Shown: positions 10,919 to 24,683, numbered from the stretch's first letter. The stretch: 64,000 nt of DNA from Paramecium tetraurelia (GCA_000165425.1 CT868319.1:124001-188000); one strand, 5' to 3'. The notes: generated from the letters alone by a model not told the origin. Numbers and translations: made by a program.

Positions 10919-13900
10919 TCATTACACATCGCCTTCATTTTACACAGGGATTATAACACTGAATTTATAAGATTTTCTTGGAGTCTCCCACTTTCTAACC
11001 AAGTCATTGATTTTTGATTATTTCTTTTTCATATTTTGGAATGATCGTTTTCTTTTTTGATTTAGCAATTTTAATTTTTGAGTTTTAATCCTTTAAAATT
11101 TCATAATAAATTCATAAGGAAAGTACATGAATTTTATTAATTAAGTTATAGGGTTTTTTAATAATAAATGTTGCTTCTATTCTAACGACTAGACTATATT
11201 TTCAATATTGTTTTAAGTCATATAAAAAGTAAAATTCTTAACAATTTCAAATTATTCTATTTCTTATTATGCCTTTTATTGATAGTATAGGATTTATAAT
11301 TGCTAAACTGATTAATCTTATTTTGAGGTCACATTATTTTCATCATTAAAGATCCTATTATACAATTATTCTAAATTTTGAAAATAATACTCCTATAAAT
11401 CAAATTTGAATGATTCCAAAGAATCGTTTTGATTAACCTTAGAAACCTATTATTAATACAACTTCTTATATTTGGATAATTTTGCAGTCATAAATTTATT
11501 TGTATTTAGCATCTGCTATTATCTTGTTGATAACTTCAAATTTTGAATAGAATTGTTTTCACTAGAAATAACTGAATCATTAAGACAAAGTTGTTTATTC
11601 ATTGAAAGACATTCACAACTCTATTAAGAATATCTAGGAATTGGAACTGGAACTGAATCTTGTCTTCTGAATTTGAAGTTCTTAGTTAACTGAGATTAAT
11701 CATTAAGTTCAGATTTTACTTCCTCACCTTCTTGTTCTTAAGCTAACTATTTACCTAATTGAATCTAAACTAACTTTGGCTGTTCATTCTGAAAATAAAT
11801 AACAAATTATTCAATAATTTCTCTATCACATAGAGTAGAAAAGGAGGCCTTCCCTCTTTTATTAGATCTAGTATGACTCTATCTCTTTTGTTCAATAGTG
11901 TATTAATGTCTTTTGATTATTAGTTCTCTGTCTAATGTAATGGATAGATTCGAACACTCCTTCAATCCATGAGTATTATTGCCACAAGCAATACAAAACT
12001 AACTGTATGGCAAATGTTTTTATCTCACTGATAGTATGTATTGATCTTTTATGTGGCAGTACTTTTAGTAATCTTTTGGATATTAACGAATAATATTCAT
12101 AAAATCAGTCTAAAAATTAAATGGATTAACTTACTTTGCTTAGAACCAACAGACTAACATAACCTATTGCTTTAAACGTTTACACATTATCATTTTCTTC
12201 AATGAATTCTGATGCATCTACGAATTAACCTTAGGATTAAACACTTTTCAAGGAAACTTTTAAGAAATTCTAATATTGCAATTATCCTTATTCAACAAAA
12301 CATAAGTGTGGTTAATAGGTATCACTTAGGGTGTAAATTGAAAAAGAATTTTAGGGTTAGATAATCTTTCGTTTGATATAAGGAGAGAGTGAGTTTTGCA
12401 ATTCTAGGCTGAAATTTTTAAATAAGAAATCACAATGTTTGAAAAATACATTGTTTGCTTATTTTTTTAATTCTTGTTTCAATTCTTCTGATAGCTCATT
12501 TAATAATGTTTCTTCTTATTGAAGATCTATTTCAGATTCTTCTTTCCATCTAAATGTTAGATATTCTCGGATTTTATATTGCAAACTGTAAGGAATATTT
12601 CTTTAATGCATGTATCTATTTATTACTCTAATCTTTTTGCTTCTTTCTACTAAGTTCAAATTTATCTCTTTAATTATGGTTCCTATTTTATTAATACTAT
12701 AGGAGAACCATAGACAAGCACTTAAAATAAAGAATATTGCTATTATTTTCTCATTCCAGGATTTTGGCACATTATCCCCGTATCCAATAGTCAACATAGT
12801 TACAATAGCAAAGTAAAATGCTTCTAAATATTGGACCTACCAAGTTTAATGGTCTAACTCCTTAAAAATGATCCATGAGTTTTATGTGTTTATGGAACTA
12901 TTGTAAAACCATATACATGCGAATAGATGTAATACGTATATTAAGTAAATTAAAAGTTTGAATAAACTAATGAAAGCTTTTTATTTTTTAGTAAAGTATG
13001 AGGATTCTTCGCTTTTTTCTAAGGTGATATTAATTTAATAATGTTATGTCAAAGATATCAAAAGCACTAAATATTAAAATTGATTTCCATCAAATTAAAT
13101 AAAATATATTAATAATAAAATTAAAGCAATATCTGATATAAATTAGAAACGCAAATTTTGTTGAATGATCTTCCATCTATCAAAAACTGCATGCCCATGC
13201 TAATAGAAGATTGTATTTAATCTCAAAATATTATCAATAATTAAAATGATTATGATTGTAATTGTTAAACCAACTAATTGGTCAAATAAAATCTTTGGGT
13301 TATACGATATTTCTAATGGTATAAGTATTAATAAGATTAATCTAAACACAATTGTCCAATAATCCCAGACTATTTTCTTAGGTGTTTCTGGATGAATTTG
13401 AGGTATTTTAGAAACTAGTTCATGAATATATTTTCTGAATTGCTGACTTTTTTCCTTTAGATATATTTTGAATCTGTTTTCTTCTTTACTAATCGTGTTG
13501 TGTCTAAAGAGCATAGTAACATTTCGTATTTAGAATTTGGGATGACTATTAAATTTTAGAAATGACATCATAACTTAACTAAATCAATTAAATGATACCT
13601 ATCACTAGAATTGTCATTCACTAATTTTATGTGATTTTCATTAACATTCGTCAACTTTGTTCGATTGTTTCTGATTCTTTGAATAAATCTCTTCAAATAA
13701 AAATATTTCATAAAATTGACCCCAGTTGTTTTCTTTGCAATCTTATTACTTTCTTCCTTGACAATAATTAATGGCTTTATAGTGAGTAATGCATTACTTC
13801 ACAATTTCTATGTGTATCAATTTGGATAGTTGATTTATGTGTAAAATTGTTTGAACTTGGATTTCTTGTTCTTACTCTCGAACCTAAATCAGCCTCCAAA

Positions 13901-14001
13901 TATTCTCTTTCATATTCATTTTATTATTCTGCCTATAATTCCATTTAAAGATTTTCTGGCTATGAACTTAGTGCTGAAAATAGCATATCAGTTCCTTTCA
14001 T
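10919..14001 (-). CDS. CNBD-family 6-TM potassium channel #1
   Basis: PQIHPE…WD, S1-S6, pore YFAIVTMLTIGYGD, C-linker (LQYKIREYL), CNB-homology domain and CCHC knuckle. Confidence 0.9.
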
Positions 14002-14568
14002 TAAATATTTATATTATCATTTAAATGCAAATTTCTCCATTTTCCTCTTTTTACTATACTTCTCTAACTCCACGTTCATTTTAAATATACCCTCTCAAAT
14101 TCATTTAGCTTCAATTAAATGTGCCAAAACTTGGAAACTTACTTAACTGTAGTTATTTATCTTTTGATTTAAGAATGAGAAAATAATGTTTCTAGAAAGA
14201 CAGAGTAAAATAATAAAGAAACAAAACTAACTATTACTATTTTTGAACATACAATTAAGAATCCAATAAAGTTATTTATATAAATTATAATCGCAAAGCA
14301 AAACGATTGAAGTTATTTTAATGCATAAATACTATATCCTTATTCTTGATAACCTTGCTCTTAAATAGCATTCATGACTGATGGAATTGCTGGAGGAATT
14401 CAATTGATTTTGAATTATGTATTTTTTATATTTCTTTCTAGACTATCTACCTAATAAAGTTAATATTTTTATTTAAAATATTTAAATTTGCTAATTTGTG
14501 GATTTTGTACATCCCACGTATATTGTCTTTTTTTTGGTTAGGAACTTATTAAATAATTTATAATATAA

Positions 14569-15815
14569 ATGTTAAATTAAATAAAAGACAAACCACTTTC
14601 TTAACTCATAGCTGAATTATAATAAAAGTATTAAGAGGACAATGACTAATCGAATATATTTTAATAAATTTATCAGAAGCAATTGGAACAAGAGAGTTCA
14701 ACAGATTCATCTCACTTTTTGCCTGCCTTGCTTTCAGGTTCTACAGGTTCATAATCATCAAACTCTCAAGAAGATAATCAAGAACAAGCATGTTCAAAGG
14801 TCTAAAAGAATATCAAAAAAGAAAAAAAAAATAAAAAGACAGGAAAAGTGTCTTAAGATGATAAATAAGAGTTCACTTAAATCCCTGATAAAAAAGCTAT
14901 GCAAATGATCAGAAATAGAATATCAGCTTAGAATTCTAGAGATAGAAAAAAGGCGTACTTATAGAAATTAGAGGAAGACTTTGTTAATCAATCAGCTCAA
15001 TTATCTGAAATGCATGGATAAGTCATTTAATTATAATAATAACTAGAAGAAGCCCAAAAAATTAATTAGCAATTACAACAATAATACACTTTTCTAACAT
15101 GTTTAAATTGTGGTAGTAAGCATTTTGGATATGATGATGAAAATCCAATCTCTGTCTCAAAGAACAAAAGTCTTGGAAAATTGGGGCTTTCGTTTTTATT
15201 TATCATTGCAATTATAGGATGCATTGCAATCGATTTAAATCCTTAAACATAAAAATTAAATACTATTCAATCATATTAACTACATGGAAACTAAATTCGA
15301 AATCTAAATGCAAGCGATGATCAATTTAGGTTATTCGATCATGTTTCATAGAGTAGAATTAAAGGCATGACTGATATAATGGAATACAATTCAGAATATA
15401 ATTATAAATTTTTTGATACAACATATAGGGCTATATTAAATAGTGAAGAGAGTCTAGTTAATGGATTGATTAATTTTAACAAAGAACGGGCTAAGACTAA
15501 TAACGGCAAAGCGTTGGCTCCACTTAATTATCATCAACCATAAGTTGACTCTCTCTTTTGTCCTTCGATTTACAAATATGAAAATTAAACTTAAGGGTAT
15601 GACTCATATTAATATTTATTAGAATTCGAGTTCATTATCAGGATAATCAATGGTTGCACTTGATCATTCCAAAAAATAAAGTTAATATATTCTATTAAAC
15701 AACTGATAATTCAATTGTTTTGAAAGAGAGCTTTGCTGATTCAAAAACTGAACATAGATAAGTTTATTAAGAAATTTGGTGCTAAATAAAGAGCGTTAGT
15801 GATTTCTATATTTGA
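14569..15815 (+). CDS. bZIP transcription factor with a C-terminal transmembrane segment
   Basis: Basic region KKAMQMIRNRISAQNSRDRKKAYLQKLEE plus leucine zipper; hydrophobic segment LGLSFLFIIAIIGCIAI; one intron near 15597. Confidence 0.88.
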
Positions 15816-15912
15816 TAATGTATCCTTTTCTTTAGTTTATTACCTTATCTTATTTATTGTAATCATCATAAGTTTAATAATATAAAATTAGCATATATAA
15901 AGTATTATTCAA

Positions 15913-18539
15913 TCAAATTTTAACTAATAGCAATTATTGTTTAAGTTCTGATATAAGACCATCAATCTCAAATTCATTTTGATTAATTTCGAAAATAGCC
16001 ATGGAAAGTGATGTTTATAATTTTTCCAATTGTCTAAAATTGGAGTTCATTGCTAAGATTTGTGTTCTGATTTTGCTTTCCTACTTAATGCTTTCAAGTT
16101 TCTACTTTTACTTTTTGCGTTCTTCTAATTTTTCATTCTTTATTTCTTCATATATTTATTAATGAAATCTCCCATAAAATAAATCAATCTTATTTATATC
16201 AATTTTTTCTTTCTTCTGTACTTTTGTAATATTTCTAATTATATGTACTAATTTCTTTCTCATTATTCTATCTATAGATTCTTACTTGCTTTTCAATATG
16301 AAAGACTTAATATTTTCCTCATCATCGCAAACTTTGACAAAATTACTTAATAGTTTTCTGCCAAACTTTTTTGATATTTATTTGCTCCAAGTACTATTAA
16401 CAACCCTACTATTTATTAAGCTATGTATGATTCGATAATCTGGATCATCAACAGAAATATTTTTAAATTTCTATGATTTTTAGACATAATATCTAACTTT
16501 AGATATGGCCTAATTTATATTAATTGGCAATTACATTAACAAACTTTTCGCGTATAATTTTAATTCTCGCTTACTTTTAACCCACAACTTGTAACATTAA
16601 ATCTTATTAAACACTTTAGTATGGACGATTATCAAACTTTTATTTCAAATTGTCTAATTGTAAAGCTAATGTATTTTTCCTGTTCAGTTACTAAGCCTCA
16701 TTAACTGCATGTCCTCTTCTAATTTTGTTTAATTTTTCTTTTTATTAATGAAAATTTACATCTTTTCAATTTTGCTTATTGAAATAATATTATTTTTCTT
16801 CTCTTGTACATTTATTGTAACTCAAAAAATTAAGGGGACTCGTTTTGTAGATATTATGAAAAGAAATGAGCAGAACACATTAAGACGATGCTCTCCTGCA
16901 AAGCCAAAGCACTCCAACATCTTTGAGTATATTCAATAGATTCAATTTCACCAAAACATGTTCCTTCCATAACTCTTATTATCGATTCACCACTGGCATC
17001 ACATAATCTTACATCTCCTTTAATGAGAAAATAAAAATCATTTGCATTCTATCCTATATGATATATAGTTTCAAATTGTTTATAACAGCCTAAAGTGCAA
17101 TATGGTAGAATAGCTGCAGAAAAGTTGATGTCATTGGAGATAAAAGGAATGGTTCTGAATATATCTTTATGGACTGATGCCATCATATTCAAGATTAATG
17201 GATGTGGTAATTCAAATAGGATCCTTTTTGCATCATCAGCCCAGAAAGGATTATTTTGAATATTATACTTGGTAAATCTAAATAGATCATCTTGTATCCA
17301 TTCTGGCATATTAGAACTTATGTCTTCCAAATTAAAAAGGTAATCATCGAATTCTTGATTTGGATTGGATTGAATCAAAATAAAAGTTATATTACCAATA
17401 GTGAATGAATAATATCCAACACCTATTAGCATCCAAATTATTACAAGCAAGTATTCGTCAGAATTATGAGCTTCTATATCACCATAACCAATCACTGTTA
17501 TTGTTTAATATGCCCAATAGAATGCACATACTAATTGTGTGAATTAATCCTTTTCATTAATTTTATAGTAATCTAACCAATTGGTATCCTAGTTAAATCT
17601 ACAAACCCACAACCATAAACAAGCAAATAAATGATTGAGCACGATCATTTCTAAAAATATTTTCATTAACTTCTTTAATCTTAAATCAAAATTATATTCA
17701 TTCCTCACTACCAACTCATCTTTAATTGCCTTTTGCTACTTTAATAAATCAAGTGATTGATTATATGCAACTCTTCTTTCAAATAGAAAAAATCTTAATA
17801 ATCTAATTAGTTTTAAAATTTTGAGTCCAGTTATACCAAAATCTGGTATAACTGAAATCAAATCAAATATAAACCAGCTTCCTACATAATGATATGCAAT
17901 ATCATGAAAGTTGTAGATCAAATCTAGTTATTTGTTGACATGACAAATCAAAAAATTCATGATCAGATCCAACCAAAATATTATTTAAATTATCAAGGTC
18001 AATTGACTTCCAACTCCCTCTATTATACTTTATAAATTGTACTTCAAAATCAAATGCAATTTGCAAAGGAAATAAAATCGCTGCGAAATCAGTGCATAAA
18101 TTTATAATTAATCCCCAAAGAATATAGGGGATATCATCTGGAAATAAAGGTAACAAATTCCTCCTTTTGTAAGCATAACGAACATTCTAGCTTCTTAACT
18201 AATCGGCATAATTTCTGAGCTCTTCTATAAAGTGCTGAGCATTAATAATCTTTCTGACTAACTTAGAAAATTATAGCTTTTTATCTATCCTTTAAGAATT
18301 CGTTGGAGAGATAGTTGTTGTTGAGGCCATTTGTATACTTTTAAATAGGATTGATATGCTTACAAATTTTTTACTGTTTTAGCTCTATATTTTCTCTTGC
18401 TATTTTTTATTGGCTATTAAAACCCACTGTTCCCATGAGTTAAAACAACCTAAGATCCCATCTCAGTAATTTGTCTCTAACTACTCCAAGTATGCAAAGT
18501 CTCAAAATCCTCCTTATGTTTAAAGGGATGAATTTTCAT
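15913..18539 (-). CDS. CNBD-family 6-TM cation/K+ channel #2
   Basis: Charged S4 LKILKLIRLLR; pore FYWAYQTITVIGYGD; CNBD with GTCFGEIE…RR. Confidence 0.9.
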
Positions 18540-19585
18540 TAAATTAGGTTTTAGAAAATACTTATTTAATATAATAAAAGCGTAGTAATTTAAAAAATCC
18601 TTAATTTTTTAATGTCATTATGATACTAAGAAGGAATAAGACATAAGTATTATAAAATTACACTAAAAGATAAAATCAAAGTAATTGCCACTTTATAAAT
18701 TATTTCATTTAGATGGTGAAATTTATTTAATTTAGTTGAATTTTCATTAAATTGATTCGTGAAGTACATATATCAACTTCTGAATTTTAAAAAATCCTCA
18801 AAATCATAAATATTCATTATAATTTAAATAGAAATTAACATAATTAAAAAATCCACAGAATTTTATTATAGTTTACATTCTTAGAAGAGCAAGTAACTTA
18901 CACTTTTCATATCTATTTTCATTAGTTTTTATGAATTTTCATATGTAAAACATTATTTTTAATTATCCTTGGAGATATAAATTAGGTTTTTCTTTTGATC
19001 TTAATTTTGCACTTCCTTCTCATAGCAAAATCAACTCATTTAATCCCTTTAAAATAACATTTAGATTATTATAATTTCTAATCATTCTCTATAAGCAAAG
19101 AATTCTTGAAAAAGGTGTATTTTTCCACTATTTTTCGATCAAACAGAGTTGATTCATTTTGGATTTCAAAATTCTTTAATTTTTGATTTCAAACTCACTT
19201 ACCTCATTTACCTATCTGTGCTCAAATCATTAAATGTATTATTTTATTTATATATTACACTATTTTCATAATTACATAAAATAATATTGAAAGGCTTTAT
19301 TACGTTTACTTTAATTCTAAATTTTCGTATAAGTAAGAATGTGATTAATATAGACATTGAAATTGTATCAGAAAAGAATTTTGAAAGAAACTTAATTTAC
19401 GCTAGAACTTCTTTTGAAATTCTGTCTATATTTCTGCATATAGTATTGATATTGAATTTAATTTGTTTACAGGTTTTATTCAATTTAAGATTTATTATAT
19501 ATTAAATGTAAAAAATTGAACAACAACATATTTAGAATTTTGATTTAGATCTTGAGTTAAGAGCAGTTCAAAATGAAGATTCGAA

Positions 19586-19735
19586 NNNNNNNNNNNNNNN
19601 NNNNNNNNNNNNNNNNNNNNNNNNNNNNNNNNNNNNNNNNNNNNNNNNNNNNNNNNNNNNNNNNNNNNNNNNNNNNNNNNNNNNNNNNNNNNNNNNNNNN
19701 NNNNNNNNNNNNNNNNNNNNNNNNNNNNNNNNNNN
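19586..19735. other. Assembly gap (N run)
   Basis: Run of N bases; the flanks carry a duplicated ~80-nt sequence. Confidence 0.99.
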
Positions 19736-19828
19736 GTGGAAGGGGGTTGAAATTGTGGTATTATTGAATTGAAAGGGAATTTTATGGTGGATTAGGGCGC
19801 TTCCACTCCTCCCCCCCCCCTACATTAA

Positions 19829-22800
19829 ATGTCCAAAATTGAACAACAACATATTTAGAATTTTGATTTAGCTCTTGAGTTAAGAGCAGTTCAAAATGAA
19901 GATCTCGAACCCCAATATTTAGAACATTGCTTAAGAGATACGAGAAGGTAACTATCGATCACTAATAACTAAATTCAAAGTCAAACCAAAAGTGAAAAAA
20001 GCAATGATGCTTATGATTTTAGAACACCCAAAAATACAACTCATCTTAATCTGAATAATCTACCATCTAATGATGCTTAGCAAATTCACCTTCTAACTCC
20101 TAACAGCAAAAATCAAGAGAAATAAAAGAATACAGGGTCAAGCATCATGCAGTTCTTTTTTATAAGACGTTTTTTGGAAAAGCTTACTTTTTAGAGAAAA
20201 AAATTGGAAAATTTAAATGATACTCACCTTAATCTAATAGATGATAAGGCATCTGACAAGTATTTGCATCATAATCATTTTTAATAGAGCTATTTTATAG
20301 GAATACAAATAAACAAAAGTGTAAAAGGGATTGACGATCAATTAATTAAATAGAATAGTAGCAACGAAAATAGAAATAAAGGAAAATAGATGGGACAAAT
20401 TCAAATCTGCTTTATAAGAGCAAAAGTAAAATGCCATTAAATAAATCACTTTGATTGCGAATAAGATTCCATTAATATAACCAGAAAGTGATTTCAAATT
20501 ATATTGGGATATATTTGCATCTCTTTTTAGGATAATCTTGGTGATTCTAGCACCTTTGGAAATATCATTCACAACTAAAATCCTCTTTTAAAATTATTTG
20601 GGACTAACGATAACAATATTTTTGATTTTATAATTAGATTTATTTGTGAGAATAAATACATTATGCTATGAAAATGGAAAGGCCATAACAGATCGATGGG
20701 AAATTATAAAACGACAATTGAACAAATCATGGTTTACCGATTTCTCAGTCATCATATTGATTGTTGCCTTTATGGCCAATCCTCATGCTTAAGATGGTTA
20801 TGATTTGTTTCTTCTCATTTTATTAACGCAATACAAACACATATTTGAGGGTATCTCTAAAATAGATTAAATATCTTATTTTACCAGACCACAAAGAGGG
20901 ATTATTGGATTAATAAAGTTTTTGACTAGTTTATTATATATCCTCCACTTATTTAGCTGCATTTGGTTTTGGTTTAGTAGTTTAGATTAATCAAATTCTT
21001 GGATTTTGAATAAGGAATTAAATGGATAGACATGGCAATTACAATATTTGGAATCTATTTACTTTGCTATTGTGACAATGCTTACTATTGGATATGGAGA
21101 CAATGTGCCTAAGAACTCGATAGAAAAGATAGTTGCCATCATTTTCATTCTCGGAGCTTGTAAATAAAATCTCATATCATATAGGTTTATGGTTTTCTTA
21201 TAGTGTAAATTTTATTGGGGCCATAATGAATGATATCACTTAAAATTAAGTAGAAAGAAGCTAGAAATTAAGGGTTATCAATAAATATATGACATAAAGA
21301 TAAATTCCTTTTAGTCTATAACACTAGTAAATTAATGCATATATAATGTATTTAGAGTTTAAGAGTATTTGACATACAGATGGAAGGAGGATGATGAAGT
21401 AGATTTGGAAATGGAATAGTTGTTGTTAGAGTAATTATCAGATGAATTAAAAGAGGAATTGGAGAAATAAGCAAACAAGGTGTTTATTAAGAAGTCTGAA
21501 CTGTTATAGAAGTACTTTTCAGCTGAATTTCGAAACGCCCTTTTTAAATCAATCAAGCGCAAAATTATATAGCCTTAAAACATTTTTTCAACAGAAATGA
21601 ATGGACATTAGCATCTTTGTTATGTTGAATAAGGTGCAATTTTATATCAACACAAGGATAGAAAGCAAAGACCAAAAATGAATGCTTAAATCTTATAAGG
21701 TCAATTTTTTTGTGTAAAAGAATTTATTATGTAAAATCCAGAATATGAATTATTCAAAGCTTAGAGTTACGTTAGTTTGTTGATGCTCTCCAAAATGGAC
21801 TTTTTGGAAACACTTAAAGATTTCCCTAATGATTTCTAGAAATATTGTCAACTCAGAGATACTTATTCATTGTCTAATGAAGAATTGCTGATATAATATG
21901 CCAACTTTTGTCCTGCATGTAATAATTTTGATCATCAATTAAAAAGTTGTGGCCAAGTTCAACTTAAGTTAAATCAAGAAGTCATTCTGAAAAAACATAT
22001 TATGAATCAAGAATAAATAAGATAAAAATTCAAAAGAAAAACTCTTGATAAGCCTATTCAAACAAGAGCTGAATTAGCCTTTGTTTAAGAATGTGCTTCA
22101 TACTTTTCAAATGAAAATCAGAACTTTATTAATGAACAAACAAAACTACAATTAGTGTATGAGGCAGATAATGATTCGATTTAAGGTAATTCTGAAACAC
22201 ATAATGTGTATGATGCTCTACCTTCAGTTAACATCATATAATTTAATGATATGCTGGCAAGCAATAATAAATCTACTTAAATCAAGACTCTTCCTAGATT
22301 AGAGTTTGAGGAAGAGAAACCAAAAGTAAAGGAAGATCTTACTAAGTCCAATGTCTTGTCTCCATAATATGCTCGTATTCAAAGGAGAACCTCATAGCCA
22401 TCTAAATAACTTCAAAGGAAGAATACACGATCTCATTCTATTCTAACTTAAATGATCGAAATAGCTGAAGAACCACATGAAACCACTGTTTTAATTCATG
22501 AAGATGAATAACTCAAAAAGGATCAATTCTTTAGTTAGAATATGAAGGAAAATATACGATGTCTTTATAATAAACTACTCAGAACTTAGGATGATAAAGA
22601 TAATTCTGTGAAATAGGGTCTCCATTCATTATAATATATTTATTGGTAACAGAATGCTATAACTTTAGAAGATTTTGAAACTGTCCAAAATTATGATTTT
22701 TACTACCCTTAAAGTAATGTTCATTATATTATTGATGCAGTAAATAAAAATTTACATTAATGGCAATTTGAGATTTTAAATAAATACTAAAAGTACTTAT

Positions 22801-23042
22801 ACCATCCATTTTTATTTATAACTAAATTTTTGAAGCTGAAAAGATTACAATAATAAACTGGAGGGTCAAATCTAGTAACCAAATTCAAAAAAGCTTAAAA
22901 AAAGATATGGTTAATTTAATTAAGGAATAATCTGTCCTCAAAAAAAATAATTTCATCAACTAAAATATCAAAATCAAAACTTAGTTCTATTATCCCTTGT
23001 TCTCAAGATAGTTTACCTTCCATTTAAATGAGTTCAAATTGA
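19829..23042 (+). CDS. CNBD-family 6-TM potassium channel #3 (paralogue of #1)
   Basis: PLIQPESDFKLYWD; pore YFAIVTMLTIGYGDNVPK; C-linker, CNB-homology domain and CCHC knuckle. The start also appears at 19506, on the other side of the gap. Confidence 0.9.
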
Positions 23043-23057
23043 TAATTATATAATAAA

Positions 23058-24186
23058 TCATTTTTTTATGTGTTCACTAATTTATTCCTCCTTTGTAGGT
23101 TTTTCATCATTGTGAGTATCTACAGCTTCTTAAAATGTGTGCGTTTGATCCCAAACTATAGCTTGATTTGATTGACTGTTCATTTGTAATACTAAATGCT
23201 AAAATTAAGGTCCTCTCCTCCTTCTCTCACAACTAAGCTAATAATCAATTTGCGGAGAAGAACTACTAATTTCTCTCTTTGTTTTCGCTTATCTCAATTA
23301 TTCACACGCTTCTCTTTCCTAAAACGCAGACTTTTCGATGCATCTAGCACTCTCTACATCTATTTTTAATTTCAATGGAGGAATTAATGACTGACTTGGA
23401 TCAAATTTCTTATGAAATTAATAGAAGAACATCATTTTCTATTCGATCGCTTAGACCTGATATAAGTACTGCAAAAAATATACTTCTTTCAGAAATTCAT
23501 AAATCTCCACTTCCTTTGCTTGTGAGTTTTCATTGAGCAATGCAGACAATGAATTTATTAATTATCTTTGGAATGTATGAATCTCTAAATAGATATTAAA
23601 GGCAGCTCTTTTTAATAAGAAATCATAAGGGTAATTAGTTAATGCGATTTTTAAATTTGGTACTAATGACAAAGCTTGATTCACGATATTAATTAATTTA
23701 AAACTATCAATTACCAAACTATATGAAGTTAAAGATTTAATACTTTGTATTTAGAATTTATTTTCTAAACAAGCATGTTCTATAACTTTTAATGTCTTTT
23801 ATATTTATTGACAATTTTTGTAAATATTGCAAAAATGGTATTTATATAGATTAGAGTAACCAAGCCTCATTATTTCTATTGCAATGCTTAAGCTTATTAA
23901 AATGATTAAATCGAATGGAGTTAAAGATTGACGAGAACTCCTCACTTAGATTTATGATCTAATGGATGATAATGAGCATTTTCATTTTTATTGTGTAGGT
24001 TTGCATTTCTTGAGCAATGTAGACATCAAAGAATTCTCGAATATATTTTTCATCAATCATGTATTAAAGAATCAAATCTATGTCTTCTTGTCGAAAAACG
24101 AAATTGTCTTTAGTTAAACTGCACTATTCTAATTTCTTCGTAAAGTCAGATTAGGACTTAAAGATTTTTGTAATTTTTTATATCAT
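23058..24186 (-). CDS. Divergent ANTH/ENTH-like domain protein
   Basis: Open code-6 frame joined by a 25-nt intron; KMKMLIIIHQII and FLQYLQKL…EIYEFLK helices resemble the ANTH domain. Confidence 0.6.
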
Positions 24187-24683
24187 TTATTATAGATGAA
24201 TTCAAAAGAATTTTTTATTCTTATTACAGCATTTCAAAAAATTTAGATAATTTTCAAGAAGATTAATAATTTTACTTCTTGCAATTTGAATTGTGATCCT
24301 ACAATTAATCTTGATTAATATTGGACTAAGTCCCTCATTAATGTATTTGAATCTATTTGGAAATAGAATTAAGCACATACTCTATTTTAATAATTATCCA
24401 TAATAATATTTCAATCCTTACTTTATTTAAATATCTATATATATTAATTAATTTTTACTTTGTTTTTTCTCAATTCTTTATTCCAAATTTCTTATAGTTT
24501 TTTAGTTTAACCCTAGCTGTGAAATTATTGTTGTCACTAGAATTTGCGTCCTTAATTTGGCAATCAATATAACCCTTCTTATGAAAATCTAAGCTTCTTG
24601 TGAGATTTCTATTAATTTTTCTAATCTTAGCTATAGATAATAATAGTTTTGTAGCATACTTAAATAAACTAATATATTAAAAT

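Noticed and set aside
14010..14560. Short minus-strand open frames or a snoRNA upstream of the bZIP gene
   Set aside because: No clear start, homology or complete C/D or H/ACA boxes; frames of this length are expected by chance with a single stop codon.
19736..19820. G-rich/poly-C segment as a telomere, G-quadruplex or foreign insert
   Set aside because: No C4A2/C3A3 telomeric repeats; it abuts an N gap and a duplicated contig end, typical of low-quality read sequence.
23880..24480. Plus-strand frame with an apparent in-frame TGA (candidate readthrough gene)
   Set aside because: Largely the antisense shadow of the minus-strand ANTH-like gene, which has a consistent intron-containing model.
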